From Vampirovibrionaceae bacterium NZW_1234 (GTDB lineage Bacteria; Cyanobacteriota; Vampirovibrionia; Vampirovibrionales; JAGQHJ01): a stretch of 64,000 bases of DNA. The stretch is taken from contig JBGUGD010000031.1 of NCBI GenBank assembly GCA_041697335.1, positions 32,001 through 96,000 on the forward strand, given 5' to 3'. The translations under genes were made by a program, and so were the position numbers. Below the pieces are notes generated by a model that saw nothing but the letters and a program-made list of their open reading frames with translations, had not been told where the DNA came from and did no database searches. Shown here piece after piece: positions 1-9,907 of this stretch. Numbering within the stretch: the stretch's first letter is position 1; each line of letters begins with the position of its first letter.

Positions 1-115
1 GCCGGTAATTTACTACAGCGCCTGGATTTTTGGCATCGCTTCGGTGCTTTTGGCGTGGAGTGCCTATAACCGAATACGGCCAAATACCTCGCATCAAAAC
101 GCTAACGTGAGCTAA
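1..115 (+). CDS. 3' end of a membrane protein, probably CDP-alcohol phosphatidyltransferase (partial)
   Basis: Frame 2 reads PVIYYSAWIFGIASVLLAWSAYNRIRPNTSHQNANVS* (TAA 113-115). Hydrophobic helix then NR; lies directly upstream of the cytidylyltransferase and acyltransferase, as in ynbAB-like clusters. Confidence 0.55.
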   Translation, partial: PVIYYSAWIFGIASVLLAWSAYNRIRPNTSHQNANVS

Positions 116-132
116 CGTGAAAGGATAAGCCC

Positions 133-1098
133 GTGTTCGACACTTTGGTGAACTGGATCCAACATGCCTCGGCAGTGAGTCAAATGGGGCTTATCGTCGT
201 GGGGCTTCTCCTGGTGGCGTCATTAATTACACGTGGACTTCAGCTGGCAAAACCTCAAAGCGATTTTTCCGAGCTGAAACTGCGCATTCGCTCCTGGTGG
301 TATATGGCAGGCTTCTTCTTTGCCAGCTTGATCATCAGCCCGCATACCTCGTTATTCTTGTTTGCCCTGCTCAGTTTTCTGGCCCTCAAGGAATACTTCA
401 CCATGATTCACACCCGCCTGGAGGATCACCGGGCCATGTTCTGGGCCTTTCTGGCTATACCGGTGCAGTACTGGTGGGTGTTTACCCAGTGGAAGGCCAT
501 GATTTTGCTTTTTATTCCGGTCTATATGTTTTTATTTATTCCCTTCCGCCTGATTCTCGTGGGTCAACCCAAGGGAATCATTGATTCAATGGCCCGAATT
601 CAATGGGGGTTGATGGCCTTTGTCTACTGCATCAGTTATCTGGGCTTTATTACAATTCTGCCTGCGACCGAAAGCATTCCCGGCGGGGGAAAGGCACTGC
701 TGCTGTATCTGGTGTTCCTGACCGAGATGAATGACGTCTGCCAATATGTCTTTGGCAAACTGTTCGGCAAACGGAAAATTGTTCCCACCATCAGCCCCAA
801 TAAAACATGGGAAGGCTTTTTAGGGGGATTCTTCAGCACCCTGCTCCTGGCGCAGGCCCTGCGGTTTTTAAGCGGGTTTTCCATGGAGGCGTCTCTGGCC
901 GCGGGCGCCATTATCAGTGCGTCGGGCTTTATTGGGGATGTCGTGATCTCCGCCGTCAAACGCGATATCGGCGTGAAGGATTCCAGCACCCTGATTCCCG
1001 GTCATGGCGGCATGCTGGACCGGGTGGATTCCCTGGCCTACACGGCCCCCCTCTTCTTCCATTTCACCAATTACTTTTTCTACCACCAGCGCTGGTAA
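133..1098 (+). CDS. Phosphatidate cytidylyltransferase (CTP_transf_1, YnbB/CdsA-like)
   Basis: Multi-TM protein with signature motifs ISPNKTWEG and SAVKRDIGVKDSSTLIPGHGGMLDRVDS. Confidence 0.93.
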   Translation: MFDTLVNWIQHASAVSQMGLIVVGLLLVASLITRGLQLAKPQSDFSELKLRIRSWWYMAGFFFASLIISPHTSLFLFALLSFLALKEYFTMIHTRLEDHRAMFWAFLAIPVQYWWVFTQWKAMILLFIPVYMFLFIPFRLILVGQPKGIIDSMARIQWGLMAFVYCISYLGFITILPATESIPGGGKALLLYLVFLTEMNDVCQYVFGKLFGKRKIVPTISPNKTWEGFLGGFFSTLLLAQALRFLSGFSMEASLAAGAIISASGFIGDVVISAVKRDIGVKDSSTLIPGHGGMLDRVDSLAYTAPLFFHFTNYFFYHQRW

Positions 1099-1101
1099 CC
1101 C

Positions 1102-1773
1102 ATGATGTTGCGCCGAATCGCCCGGATCCTGTTTTTTCTGGCCGTGGTAAAGCCCCTGCTTTTGGTTGTGCTGGGGCTCAATGTCTTTGGACGTCAGCAT
1201 CTTCCCCAGGGGCAGCAATTTATTCTGATTGCCAACCATAACAGCCACCTGGATACCCTGGCCCTGATGAACATGTTTCCCCTCACCCAGTTGCACCGGA
1301 TTCACCCGGTGGCGGCCGGGGACTACTTTTTAAAAAACCGGCTCATGGCCTGGTTCAGCCAAACCTTTCTCAATATCCTGCCCATTGCCCGAAGCAACTT
1401 TACACGGGAAACCAACCCGTTGACGAAAATGGGCGACGTCCTTGCCCAGGGCGATTCGCTGATTCTGTTTCCCGAAGGCACGCGCGGGGAGCCGGAGATT
1501 ATGGCTCCCTTCCAAACCGGGATTGCGCATTTGATTAAAAAATATCCGAACGTGCCGGTGGTTCCCGTCTTTTTAAAAAACATGGGGCGCTCCCTGCCCA
1601 AAGGGGAAGCGCTTTTACTGCCATTGTTTTGTGATGCCCTCATTGGTCCGCCGTGTCATTTTACCGGGAGCAAGGATGACATTCTGGCCCAGATTCAAGC
1701 CACCATGAGTGACTTACAGCAGTCGTTGATCGGCATGTTTGAAGAAACAGACCGAGCCAGCGACAACGCATAG
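1102..1773 (+). CDS. Lysophospholipid / 1-acyl-glycerol-3-phosphate acyltransferase (PlsC family)
   Basis: NHNSHLD (HX4D) and FPEGTRG motifs; 3 bp downstream of the cytidylyltransferase. Confidence 0.92.
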   Translation: MMLRRIARILFFLAVVKPLLLVVLGLNVFGRQHLPQGQQFILIANHNSHLDTLALMNMFPLTQLHRIHPVAAGDYFLKNRLMAWFSQTFLNILPIARSNFTRETNPLTKMGDVLAQGDSLILFPEGTRGEPEIMAPFQTGIAHLIKKYPNVPVVPVFLKNMGRSLPKGEALLLPLFCDALIGPPCHFTGSKDDILAQIQATMSDLQQSLIGMFEETDRASDNA

Positions 1774-1808
1774 CCCCCTCGGAGACACACACCCATGTTT
1801 GTACTACC

Positions 1809-2204
1809 ATGGCAGATGAATTGCTGATGGAGTCGTTTTTGATGAAACTTCGTTTTGGGACCGATTTGCATTTTGACAACAGCATCACTCCGAAAGAACA
1901 AGCCACGATTCGCCATTTCTTTGCCGATCGGCAATTATTGGCCTCCGACGGCACGGTAACCGATGTGTATCGCTTTGCCGAAGAGCCGGACAGCATTCAT
2001 TTGTCGGTGGAAGCGATGCAGGCCCGGAAACCTTTAAAACGCCGCAAAAACCGTCCTCAGCACCAAACGGTCAAGAAAGCATTGGCACGCCTTCCCCTGG
2101 CCAAGGAAGTGGTTCGTATGGGCGACTTTACCGCCATGCCGTTACCCCAGGCGCTCGCGGATTTAATTGATGAATTGATTCGCATCGGACGAAGCCCATC
2201 CTAA
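1809..2204 (+). CDS. Hypothetical protein with RFG leader (likely start 1842, MKLRFGT)
   Basis: Open ORF; GGAG about 9 nt before ATG 1842; no recognised domain. Confidence 0.65.
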   Translation: MADELLMESFLMKLRFGTDLHFDNSITPKEQATIRHFFADRQLLASDGTVTDVYRFAEEPDSIHLSVEAMQARKPLKRRKNRPQHQTVKKALARLPLAKEVVRMGDFTAMPLPQALADLIDELIRIGRSPS

Positions 2205-3134
2205 GGCCGGATAAGACGTTTTTAATGCATTGAAAAACTTACTTGCTCACACGCAATGACGTTGGAAATGCCACTCGAAGGTATCGCCCCCCTCGATTGC
2301 GAAGCCGGGCCATCAGGCCAGTCAGCATGATCCGCACGCTTCGAAAGCAGATACATTGCAGCAGCGACATCAACAACACCAATAGGATTCCTTCATACCG
2401 AGGCTATGGAAGCAGCTGCATTAAAGCCCAATACTGTCGCCGCTCAGCCATTTAAAACACGAGAATAAGAAAGTGATAATGCTAAAACAGTCATTATCTT
2501 TCATTATTCTTGGACGCACCTATACCCGCTTCAAAACGATTCCCGCCACGCTGTCTCTTTGGCATCGAAACAATGTGTGAATTTATTATAGAGCACGATC
2601 ATGAAATTGGGCTAGACGCGAATTTATTTGCTAGGGTTCTTCTTTTTTGGTTCAGCGCTATCCGAATACCGCTTTTGCGGATACCCCGGGATCCGCATCT
2701 GCCCATGAAAAATCCTCTGATAAGAGGAGCCCCGACGGTAAAAATACACACACCTATAGGAGCCGCTAGAACGTCAATTTCGGTATTCTTAACCCTACGT
2801 TGAATTTTATGAAACGCGAAAGGGATTACCCATGAATATTAAGCAATTGATGCTCTATTCCATCATTACAACAGGCCTGTGGTTGGGTGCAAATTACCTG
2901 CTGCCCGTGCTGCCTGGCTTTGGTGAAATTTTTTAACGCACTGGCCCGAATAAAAATAAAACAATACGTGACACTCTGCCCACCATGGGTGGAGTGTTTT
3001 AGCGTGACTCGCATTTTTTGCGCATCAATACGTGAGCTTTACTGCTCGAATTACAATCTGAAATAATGATTGAATACGCCGGATACTTGTCATAGGATCA
3101 AAGACACGTCAACGCGCCTAAAGGAACCGGTTGT

Positions 3135-4052
3135 ATGAGACTCGCCCCGCCTAGATTTCAAGGCTCCATTGTGGTTCGCACCATGAGCGATCCCCGTCAC
3201 CAGGAAGACTACCTGAAAGCACAAGTCACCCCATTGCCGGGAACAATTATTCCTCCGTATTTACAGTCCCAACAAACGGTTCGGGATCTCTTGAAAACAG
3301 TGACAATGACTCACGTCAAGGGGATTGTCAAGCGTCTGACGCCCGCAAAGCCTGACAAAGCCAATACACCGCAATTGACGATCGGGCATAACCTTAAAAC
3401 CGCAACCATTGACTATGGTGAAAACGTCACCTTGCGAGGCCAGCTCCACCAGGCGCTACTGGAAGTGGGAGCCGATTTTATCGATACGGACGGCGATATT
3501 TTTAAACCCGGCTTTAAAATCCAGTTGCAGGAACAATTTCTCCAAGGGCTGGGCCACCCCTTGGAGCGGGAAATCCTGAAACTTCTCAAAGAAAAAAACC
3601 TCACCCTGGCAACGGCAGAATCGGCCACAGGCGGCCTGGTCAGCTCTCGGCTGACCGACATTCGCGGCAGTTCCTACTTCGTGAAGCACAATATTGTGAC
3701 CTATTGCAACGAAGCCAAAACCAATGCCCTGGGCGTCGATGCAGATTTTCTGGCTAAAGAGGGTCCCTATAATGAGCGCACCGCTGCCGATATGGCCGAA
3801 GGCGTGCGCAAAGCCACCGGTGCCAAGGTTGGTCTGGCCTTTACCGGCCTGGCCGGCTGCAATAAATGGGGCGATGACTTTGCCGGGGTGGTCTTTATCG
3901 GATTGGCCGGATTAAGCGATAAACCCATTGTCAAACGGGTCCAAGTCGATGCCGATTTGCCTCGGACACTGAAAAAACAGCTTTTTAGCGAATACGGGCT
4001 CGTCTTTCTCAAACACTACCTGCAGGGCAATTTGACCTCAGATTCACCTTAA
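3135..4052 (+). CDS. CinA C-terminal / NMN deamidase (PncC-like) domain protein with N-terminal extension and PRFQG leader
   Basis: TLATAESATGGLVSSRLTDIRGSS, TYCNEAK, MAEGVRK and FTGLAG match the CinA domain; about 140 extra N-terminal residues. Confidence 0.85.
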   Translation: MRLAPPRFQGSIVVRTMSDPRHQEDYLKAQVTPLPGTIIPPYLQSQQTVRDLLKTVTMTHVKGIVKRLTPAKPDKANTPQLTIGHNLKTATIDYGENVTLRGQLHQALLEVGADFIDTDGDIFKPGFKIQLQEQFLQGLGHPLEREILKLLKEKNLTLATAESATGGLVSSRLTDIRGSSYFVKHNIVTYCNEAKTNALGVDADFLAKEGPYNERTAADMAEGVRKATGAKVGLAFTGLAGCNKWGDDFAGVVFIGLAGLSDKPIVKRVQVDADLPRTLKKQLFSEYGLVFLKHYLQGNLTSDSP

Positions 4053-4078
4053 TCTCGGCTTTTTAGTTTATAACGGGT

Positions 4079-5284
4079 TTACTCTGTCCGGGGTATCAGC
4101 TCGTGTGGGGATGCGACCCTTATTGATGAGTCGGTCTCGGTGTTCTTCCAATGCCACTGGAGTTTGCCCTGCAACACCGGAAAAGTCGGATTCAGTATCC
4201 AGCGCCGAACGGGGACTTCCACCCACCGGTACATCAATACGGCACACCCCAGACTCAGGCTCAACAGGAGCATGATTAAAAGACCACCCGGCAACAGGCC
4301 GATTGCCGCCGTCGGCTCATAGCCGAATCGCTTAAGGCAAAACAAGACGTAGCGCATGATGAGATGATGGAACAGGTAGAATGAATAGCTGATTTCGCCA
4401 CCGAGAATAACCCAGGGATGGGTCAGTACGGCCAGCGGTTGGCCATAGGCCTCGAGTAAGGCCAGGCCGAGAATCATGGCCCAGGCCCCGCCCATGTAAT
4501 ACAAATAAAAATACTCACCGGCAAAGGTCTTCACGCCCAGAAAAACAGGCTCCAACACCATTAAGAGCAGCACGGCCATCAAGCCGAAACACAGGCCTTT
4601 TCTGTTAAAAGCGGAGGTAAACACGGACTGCAACAGAGGATGTTGGCGGTAATGGGTATAAAGATACCCGCCCAGCATGCCCACGACAAACTCGCCTAAG
4701 CGATTGGCAGGGAAGGTTGCTCCAGCATAAAAGCTGTGCGCGGGTAATTCGTGTTGCACTACAACCAGACACGCCCAATACAACCCAAGGGCAATAGCCA
4801 CATGACGAACCGGCTTGCCCGCCATAAACAAGAGACCTAAAATCGGAAAGCATCCATAGAAAAATGCTTCAAGACTAATCGACCACCCCGGGGCGTTGAG
4901 GGCCCCGCATGACGCTTGCCAGAAGCAATGCAGCAAACTTAGGTTCAATGGCAACTCAGGCCACAGGGACCGATGGTTGGGCGAAAACATCTCGATCGGC
5001 AGCGCTGCCAGAACACCCAGCGCAAAAACGGGATAAATGCGGGCAAAACGGGCCTTAAAAAATCGTCCTAAAGCCAGCTTTGGGGCATCGGGCTTAAGGT
5101 AGTTGATAAACAAAACAAAGCCGCTCAGCACAAAGAAAACCGAAACACCCAGTTGCCCCAACTGATTTAAAAAATCATAGAAAGGTCCCTGGGTTAAGCC
5201 CAGCAAATAGCCAAACAAATACAAGTGGGAAATGAACACAAAGAGGGCCGCATAAAAGCGAATACCGGTTAGACTTCGAATCAT
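4079..5284 (-). CDS. Acyltransferase family 3 (OafA/YrhL-like membrane O-acyltransferase)
   Basis: IRSLTGIRFYAALFVFISH, GVSVFFVLSGF, ARFARIYP, WSISLEAFFY, GEISYSFYLFH, RWVEVP; start taken at MIRSL. Confidence 0.92.
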   Translation of the reverse strand: MIRSLTGIRFYAALFVFISHLYLFGYLLGLTQGPFYDFLNQLGQLGVSVFFVLSGFVLFINYLKPDAPKLALGRFFKARFARIYPVFALGVLAALPIEMFSPNHRSLWPELPLNLSLLHCFWQASCGALNAPGWSISLEAFFYGCFPILGLLFMAGKPVRHVAIALGLYWACLVVVQHELPAHSFYAGATFPANRLGEFVVGMLGGYLYTHYRQHPLLQSVFTSAFNRKGLCFGLMAVLLLMVLEPVFLGVKTFAGEYFYLYYMGGAWAMILGLALLEAYGQPLAVLTHPWVILGGEISYSFYLFHHLIMRYVLFCLKRFGYEPTAAIGLLPGGLLIMLLLSLSLGCAVLMYRWVEVPVRRWILNPTFPVLQGKLQWHWKNTETDSSIRVASPHELIPRTE

Positions 5285-5669
5285 CAGAATCTTTCTGGGG
5301 CTTCTTTCTGGGCAACATGCCAAAGCGTCGACATCAGGAACGGGGTAACCCTTTCTTGGTAAACACCCCGGGACAGGAAAAATTGCCTCGAGACAAAAAA
5401 ACCCAATCTACAGCGAGGAGACCTTTCCAAACAAATTCATGCCAGGGGGGGCAAGGATTTCCGGAAATCAAACGCTTTTTCCCGGCAGACAGATGCCGGG
5501 TTTCACGGGTTGGTTTCTCTGTTACAAAACTTAAACACCTGCTGTATGGTTAATACACCATGCCTTAGACCGTTAAAATTACGTTACATCACGATTAATT
5601 CGGGTTTAATTTGGGAATATAACTGAAGAGCACGATTAGAGAGAACAATAAGAACAAGGTATATTCGCT

Positions 5670-5909
5670 ATGGGTAAGAAACCATCTTGCCGGTCGGATA
5701 AGACGTCCCACTTGAGTCTTAATATTCAAGAGGCCAAACGTCTTCGATACGAGATTTTGTCCTTGATCCGTCCCGAAGAATTTTCCGATGACGATGATGA
5801 GCACCTGTCCTTTCGTGAACCTCGCATGGTGAGTTATAAGGATCTTCAAAAACTCAAAGTCGAAGTGTCACGAATACATCAAAAGCGAGTGCGAGAAAGC
5901 GCCCCCTAA
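5670..5909 (+). CDS. Small hypothetical protein (79 aa)
   Basis: ATG start, plausible charged/helical composition; no domain recognised. Confidence 0.45.
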   Translation: MGKKPSCRSDKTSHLSLNIQEAKRLRYEILSLIRPEEFSDDDDEHLSFREPRMVSYKDLQKLKVEVSRIHQKRVRESAP

Positions 5910-6135
5910 GTTACTCGGGCTCTCTTTAGCAACCATACCCAGTCCTCTTAGGGACGATAGTCAGAAAACGTATTCTGTGCTGATGTTTGGGCGCATCCTC
6001 CATGGAGGATGCGTCTTTGGTTTTTATCGCCCGTCCCTTCAGGGGTAACGATGCGTTAACAAAAACGCATTTTCTTCTCTTGAGCAGTGTTGATATGACA
6101 TCGTCAGATGATTTCCTCAGGAGGATTTTGGGTTC

Positions 6136-6672
6136 ATGCAACAGGTTTATGGTTATTCCGCCGTTTCTTCCCTTCAGAAGCCGCTGTTTGGGAGTCGGCA
6201 ACGTCAGCCATCGGATGTCGAGTATTCGTGTATGCTGCTCAAGCCCCCGAGCCCGGGATCCGTGGCTCCAGGAGAGGAGAGCACTTACGACAAGCTCAAA
6301 AATTACCCGATTCCCCCTGGTTGGACACGTCGGACCCATCACTGCACCATTGAATACAACCCTGTAAATGGGCGGTATCCTTCAGGAACAGGTCAAATCA
6401 AGGTTTCAGCCATTCGCAAAACCAATGAGGTCATCTACGCCATTGCCGACCCACCGGATTACATCAAGCAATGGGCCGCAAGAGAAGGCCTTAACCAGCC
6501 ATGGCACATTACCATTGCGACGGCCCCAGGCATTCCTGCGGTCAGAGCCAAGGAAATGACAGCGCAAAATATTGGCGAATATATCGAGCGGTTCGATCCC
6601 CCCCTGTCGATTGATTTCGAAGCGGGTGGGTTTACCTTCGGGGGCGACCTGACGACAGCGAACCCCAAATAA
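6136..6672 (+). CDS. 2H-phosphoesterase-like protein with PLFG leader
   Basis: Two HxT motifs (HCTI, HITIA); AGGAGG Shine-Dalgarno upstream; followed by a terminator. Confidence 0.7.
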   Translation: MQQVYGYSAVSSLQKPLFGSRQRQPSDVEYSCMLLKPPSPGSVAPGEESTYDKLKNYPIPPGWTRRTHHCTIEYNPVNGRYPSGTGQIKVSAIRKTNEVIYAIADPPDYIKQWAAREGLNQPWHITIATAPGIPAVRAKEMTAQNIGEYIERFDPPLSIDFEAGGFTFGGDLTTANPK

Positions 6673-6677
6673 GACGT

Positions 6678-6704
6678 GAATGCCCGCTAAAATAGCGGGC
6701 ATTC
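6678..6704. terminator. Hairpin between convergent genes (probable bidirectional terminator)
   Basis: GAATGCCCGCTA-AAA-TAGCGGGCATTC, perfect 12-bp stem. Confidence 0.75.
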
Positions 6705-6745
6705 TTCTAAATCCAGATAAATTTTAATCTTAGGGCAGCGGAAGG

Positions 6746-7072
6746 CTAGGCAATAATATTCAACTGTCCCTTAGCCCTTGCGGCATCTACAGCCTCCTGG
6801 CAGGCATTCACCCGAGCTTGTGCCAGGCCGCGTAATGGATGTCCCTCCAGCTTCCGGGACACCTCGGTCAAGTCTGGGGCATTGGTATTGGTAATCAAAA
6901 CAACCTGATCATTGGGTAACTCTTCCATCATGACGGAAGTAGGATTATCAATATCCAAAACCGCCGGATCCTGGGTCACTTTTGCCAATTCCCGCGGCAA
7001 AGGTTCCAGTAACATCCGCTTGGTATTGTCGTTATGGTTTAAAAGGTGAATGGCTCCAAACCGCATCGTCAA
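6746..7072 (-). CDS. Hypothetical protein beginning MRFGA (likely ATG at 7066)
   Basis: GGAG upstream of the ATG; RFG motif at the very N-terminus. Confidence 0.7.
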   Translation of the reverse strand: MTMRFGAIHLLNHNDNTKRMLLEPLPRELAKVTQDPAVLDIDNPTSVMMEELPNDQVVLITNTNAPDLTEVSRKLEGHPLRGLAQARVNACQEAVDAARAKGQLNIIA

Positions 7073-7281
7073 AACTCCATATCAATGCCTTCCTCCTTTC
7101 AAGTCTGCTCAAGACCCAAAGTTGCGTGCTCGTATTTTTTTGACTGCCATCTTTTTGTCATCATCTCCCAGTAAGCTGATGCTCGAGTAGACATTAACTT
7201 TGTAAACACCGGTGTTTTCCTTTTCTTTACAAAGACAATTGTTCTCCTTAAAATCGCATTAAGCATCGTTTTTATTTTGTT

Positions 7282-8157
7282 ATGTCATGGTTGGGGACAG
7301 TATCCATGGTTGGAATTGGGGGTCGTTTGGCTGTTTGTCCGACACGGGCATCTGCACAGGGCAGTCGGTTTGCGCTTCGCTTTGGCGAAAAAAGGGTACA
7401 GCCAGAGAATGGATTGCCGGAAGGTCTGGTCAAAGGCATTGAATCGGATATCCGCCTGAAGCGGGTCGAGAGCAAGCCCGCCCTGGAAAGGCAGTCGGCA
7501 TTCTTCAAGTGGATTACAGCACACCGGCAAGCGCTGAGTGCCTCTGGCTTGGAAGAGGGCATACACCTCTTCGACCAAATTCAACGTATTGCCGGACAAG
7601 GCAAAAGCAAGCGTTCCTCCCTCGTGTCGGAACTCACACTGATGCGCATGGGGTTCTTGAATTACCCCAAGCAGAACCCTGCTGCCCAAACCGCCTTTCA
7701 ACAGATTCATCAATACTTTAACACGGCACTTGGCCGCGTCGAAAAACCTCAGGACTCACCCGTGATGCAGCGCCTTAAACAGGCTCTTATTGCTGCGGCG
7801 GCAGAGGACACGGCCTATGACAAGGCAGCCTACCGAAAACGGAGCCATCCCATTGAAGGGCACTGCAAAGCCGTGGCTCATGTGCTCGAAAATCTCCTGG
7901 GTGGCGTAATTGTTCGAGGTATGGTCGACGGCGAGACCCATTTTTTCAATCGGGTTCAAAACGGCACCATGTTGGATATGTCCAATGAACAGTATTCTGC
8001 GGATCGGACCCGGTATAACGGGTATACTCCCGTCACGACAAATTTTCGTATCGTTGCGCCCACCAAGGACATTAATCCCCGGTTTAAAACCTATTTCAGT
8101 CGGGTTCTGACCGCGTATTTGAGCTCGCTGGAACAGAGTCTTGAACAAACGCCCTGA
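7282..8157 (+). CDS. YunG-like / transglutaminase-papain-fold Cys-His-Asp domain protein with RFG leader
   Basis: C-terminal HPIEGHCKAVA...LLGG...THFFNRV.NGTMLDMSNEQY pattern; leader ends in ALRFG. Confidence 0.65.
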   Translation: MSWLGTVSMVGIGGRLAVCPTRASAQGSRFALRFGEKRVQPENGLPEGLVKGIESDIRLKRVESKPALERQSAFFKWITAHRQALSASGLEEGIHLFDQIQRIAGQGKSKRSSLVSELTLMRMGFLNYPKQNPAAQTAFQQIHQYFNTALGRVEKPQDSPVMQRLKQALIAAAAEDTAYDKAAYRKRSHPIEGHCKAVAHVLENLLGGVIVRGMVDGETHFFNRVQNGTMLDMSNEQYSADRTRYNGYTPVTTNFRIVAPTKDINPRFKTYFSRVLTAYLSSLEQSLEQTP

Positions 8158-9907
8158 ACTCCTCGTTCATGCGAGCCTGGAGAGCACGCCTTACCCAGGC
8201 GATCAGCGCAATGCTGACGCTTTTGAATAATGCGACCCTGCCCCAGCGGGTCAGGCCTGAAGATTGGGCCATGGACGCAAAAATCGCATCCAACACCCGA
8301 TATAAACGCCGTTCGATCCCTTCGAGAATATGGGGCATACTGATCACACGCAAGGGTTCAGGGCGCTCCGGTGGGGGGATGGGGATGGCAGCATCGCCAA
8401 CCAGCGGAATGATGGGTAAAAATTCCTCACGGATCGGTCCATATATGCTGTGGGTGTAGGTTTTTTCCAAAGGCACCCCCTGTTCAGAAAGACATCGATA
8501 TTGGGCCTTTAAGTCAGTCGTCCAGCCGGAGCCGGCCCCGAACAAGGGATGACTTTGCGGAAGCGAAAAATGACGTTGGAGGAAGCGCTGCGCGTTTCGG
8601 CGCCCCAGTAAATAATCATGGCGCCGAAACGATTCGTGAAAAAACGCGCCAAAAGCCCCCAGGAGTTCCCCATACAACGGATAGGTCATTGTCACCTCCG
8701 TGGGGGTTCCATCCGCAGCGAGAGCGGTTCGGGTGTTGATGGGGCTGATTAAAAAGCGGCTAAAAATATCCTCATCCTGCGCCAGGGCCAGTTCTTCGGG
8801 CTTAAAGCGGGCTTGTCCCAGCATGGCCTTTACCATGCGAATAACCACGTCCACCAGCGACAGATCCGTCTTGGCAGGCATGTGGACCTTGGAGGGGTGT
8901 CGATTCAGCGGGCTAATCAGAATCACTGCCTTGGTTGCCTCATCTGCATGACGAGGGTTATGGCCGTTGGGACTGCCCGTTAAGCTGAGGCGCGCGTATT
9001 CCAAAGGATGGTTATTAATAAGCCCGCCGTCGACGGCTGCAAAGTGAATTTCCCGAGCCTGGCTCATCTGCTCTAACCAGTCCGAATCCGGTAACACGGG
9101 CTTGGATGAGCCGTGTGACGGATCAGAACAGGAAGCGCCCGCTCGTAGCTGCAACCGGCCGACGGGGTGAATATAGCGATGAAGCGGCTGGGTTACCGTG
9201 TGGCTTTTCAGGAGTCCCGGAAAGGCTCCCGAGGCCAGTGCAGCCTCTTTCAAGGCGTTGGCAGCAGCAGCATCTCCAAGGGACACTTGCCTGGGGTTTA
9301 CGTGGATTTTCTCCGCATCCTCGCTTGATGACGGCATTTTTAAACTCACGGCAAAGGGCTGCACATTGGCATGACGCGTCATGACGTGATAATCACCCAC
9401 CATGGAAATGCGGTAGGGAACGCCTTCCAAATCCGTGATGCAGAGATACATATCCAGCGGGTCTGCAATATAGCGACGACGAATTTCTCCCAGAGCCTCC
9501 ACGTTGAAGGCTTCTTGTGCAATCTGAATCACGGGTGTGCTGTCGAGCAGGGAGGCCACATGGTTGGGGCGCTGCTTCAGATCGTGCTCCCCTAGAAGCC
9601 GCTGTATATCAATTGCCTTGACCCAACTGTGATAGAGGCGATTTCGGGCAGCCGGTGGTTCCTGCTGGCCCCGATAGGGTTCAAACAAGCCATACCAGAC
9701 TCCTGGCAACAGCAGGGCTGTTTTCGCTCCGCCTGAGTTTCCGGCGACTGCTTTAATTTCGATGTTATGCGGTGGATCCCCCCGAAAGGCTTGGTACCAG
9801 GCATCAAGCGCCTCGGTCAAAAAATCGAGCACCCCGGCTGTGTAAGCACCTGCCGAAACAGTCCCAGAGAGGACCAGCGCAATTTGAAATGTTGGTTTTT
9901 CAGTCAT
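8096..9907 (-). CDS. Patatin-like phospholipase
   Basis: Gly-rich LSGTVSAGAYTAG, nucleophile GNSGG, ASGAFP, catalytic DGG. Confidence 0.9.
   Translation of the reverse strand: MTEKPTFQIALVLSGTVSAGAYTAGVLDFLTEALDAWYQAFRGDPPHNIEIKAVAGNSGGAKTALLLPGVWYGLFEPYRGQQEPPAARNRLYHSWVKAIDIQRLLGEHDLKQRPNHVASLLDSTPVIQIAQEAFNVEALGEIRRRYIADPLDMYLCITDLEGVPYRISMVGDYHVMTRHANVQPFAVSLKMPSSSEDAEKIHVNPRQVSLGDAAAANALKEAALASGAFPGLLKSHTVTQPLHRYIHPVGRLQLRAGASCSDPSHGSSKPVLPDSDWLEQMSQAREIHFAAVDGGLINNHPLEYARLSLTGSPNGHNPRHADEATKAVILISPLNRHPSKVHMPAKTDLSLVDVVIRMVKAMLGQARFKPEELALAQDEDIFSRFLISPINTRTALAADGTPTEVTMTYPLYGELLGAFGAFFHESFRRHDYLLGRRNAQRFLQRHFSLPQSHPLFGAGSGWTTDLKAQYRCLSEQGVPLEKTYTHSIYGPIREEFLPIIPLVGDAAIPIPPPERPEPLRVISMPHILEGIERRLYRVLDAIFASMAQSSGLTRWGRVALFKSVSIALIAWVRRALQARMNEEFRAFVQDSVPASSNTRSEPD

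Noticed and set aside
101..120. 10-bp tandem duplication GCTAACGTGA x2
   Set aside because: Probably a local slippage event at the upstream gene's stop; no element lies between the copies.
2205..3134. Short ORFs in the 930-bp gap (2243, 2510, 2826) and a stop-interrupted minus-strand frame near 2238-2451
   Set aside because: No SD or recognisable motifs; I cannot support a gene, pseudogene or RNA here.
8096..9907. Patatin as a CBASS/CapV defence effector
   Set aside because: No CD-NTase or other defence genes adjacent.
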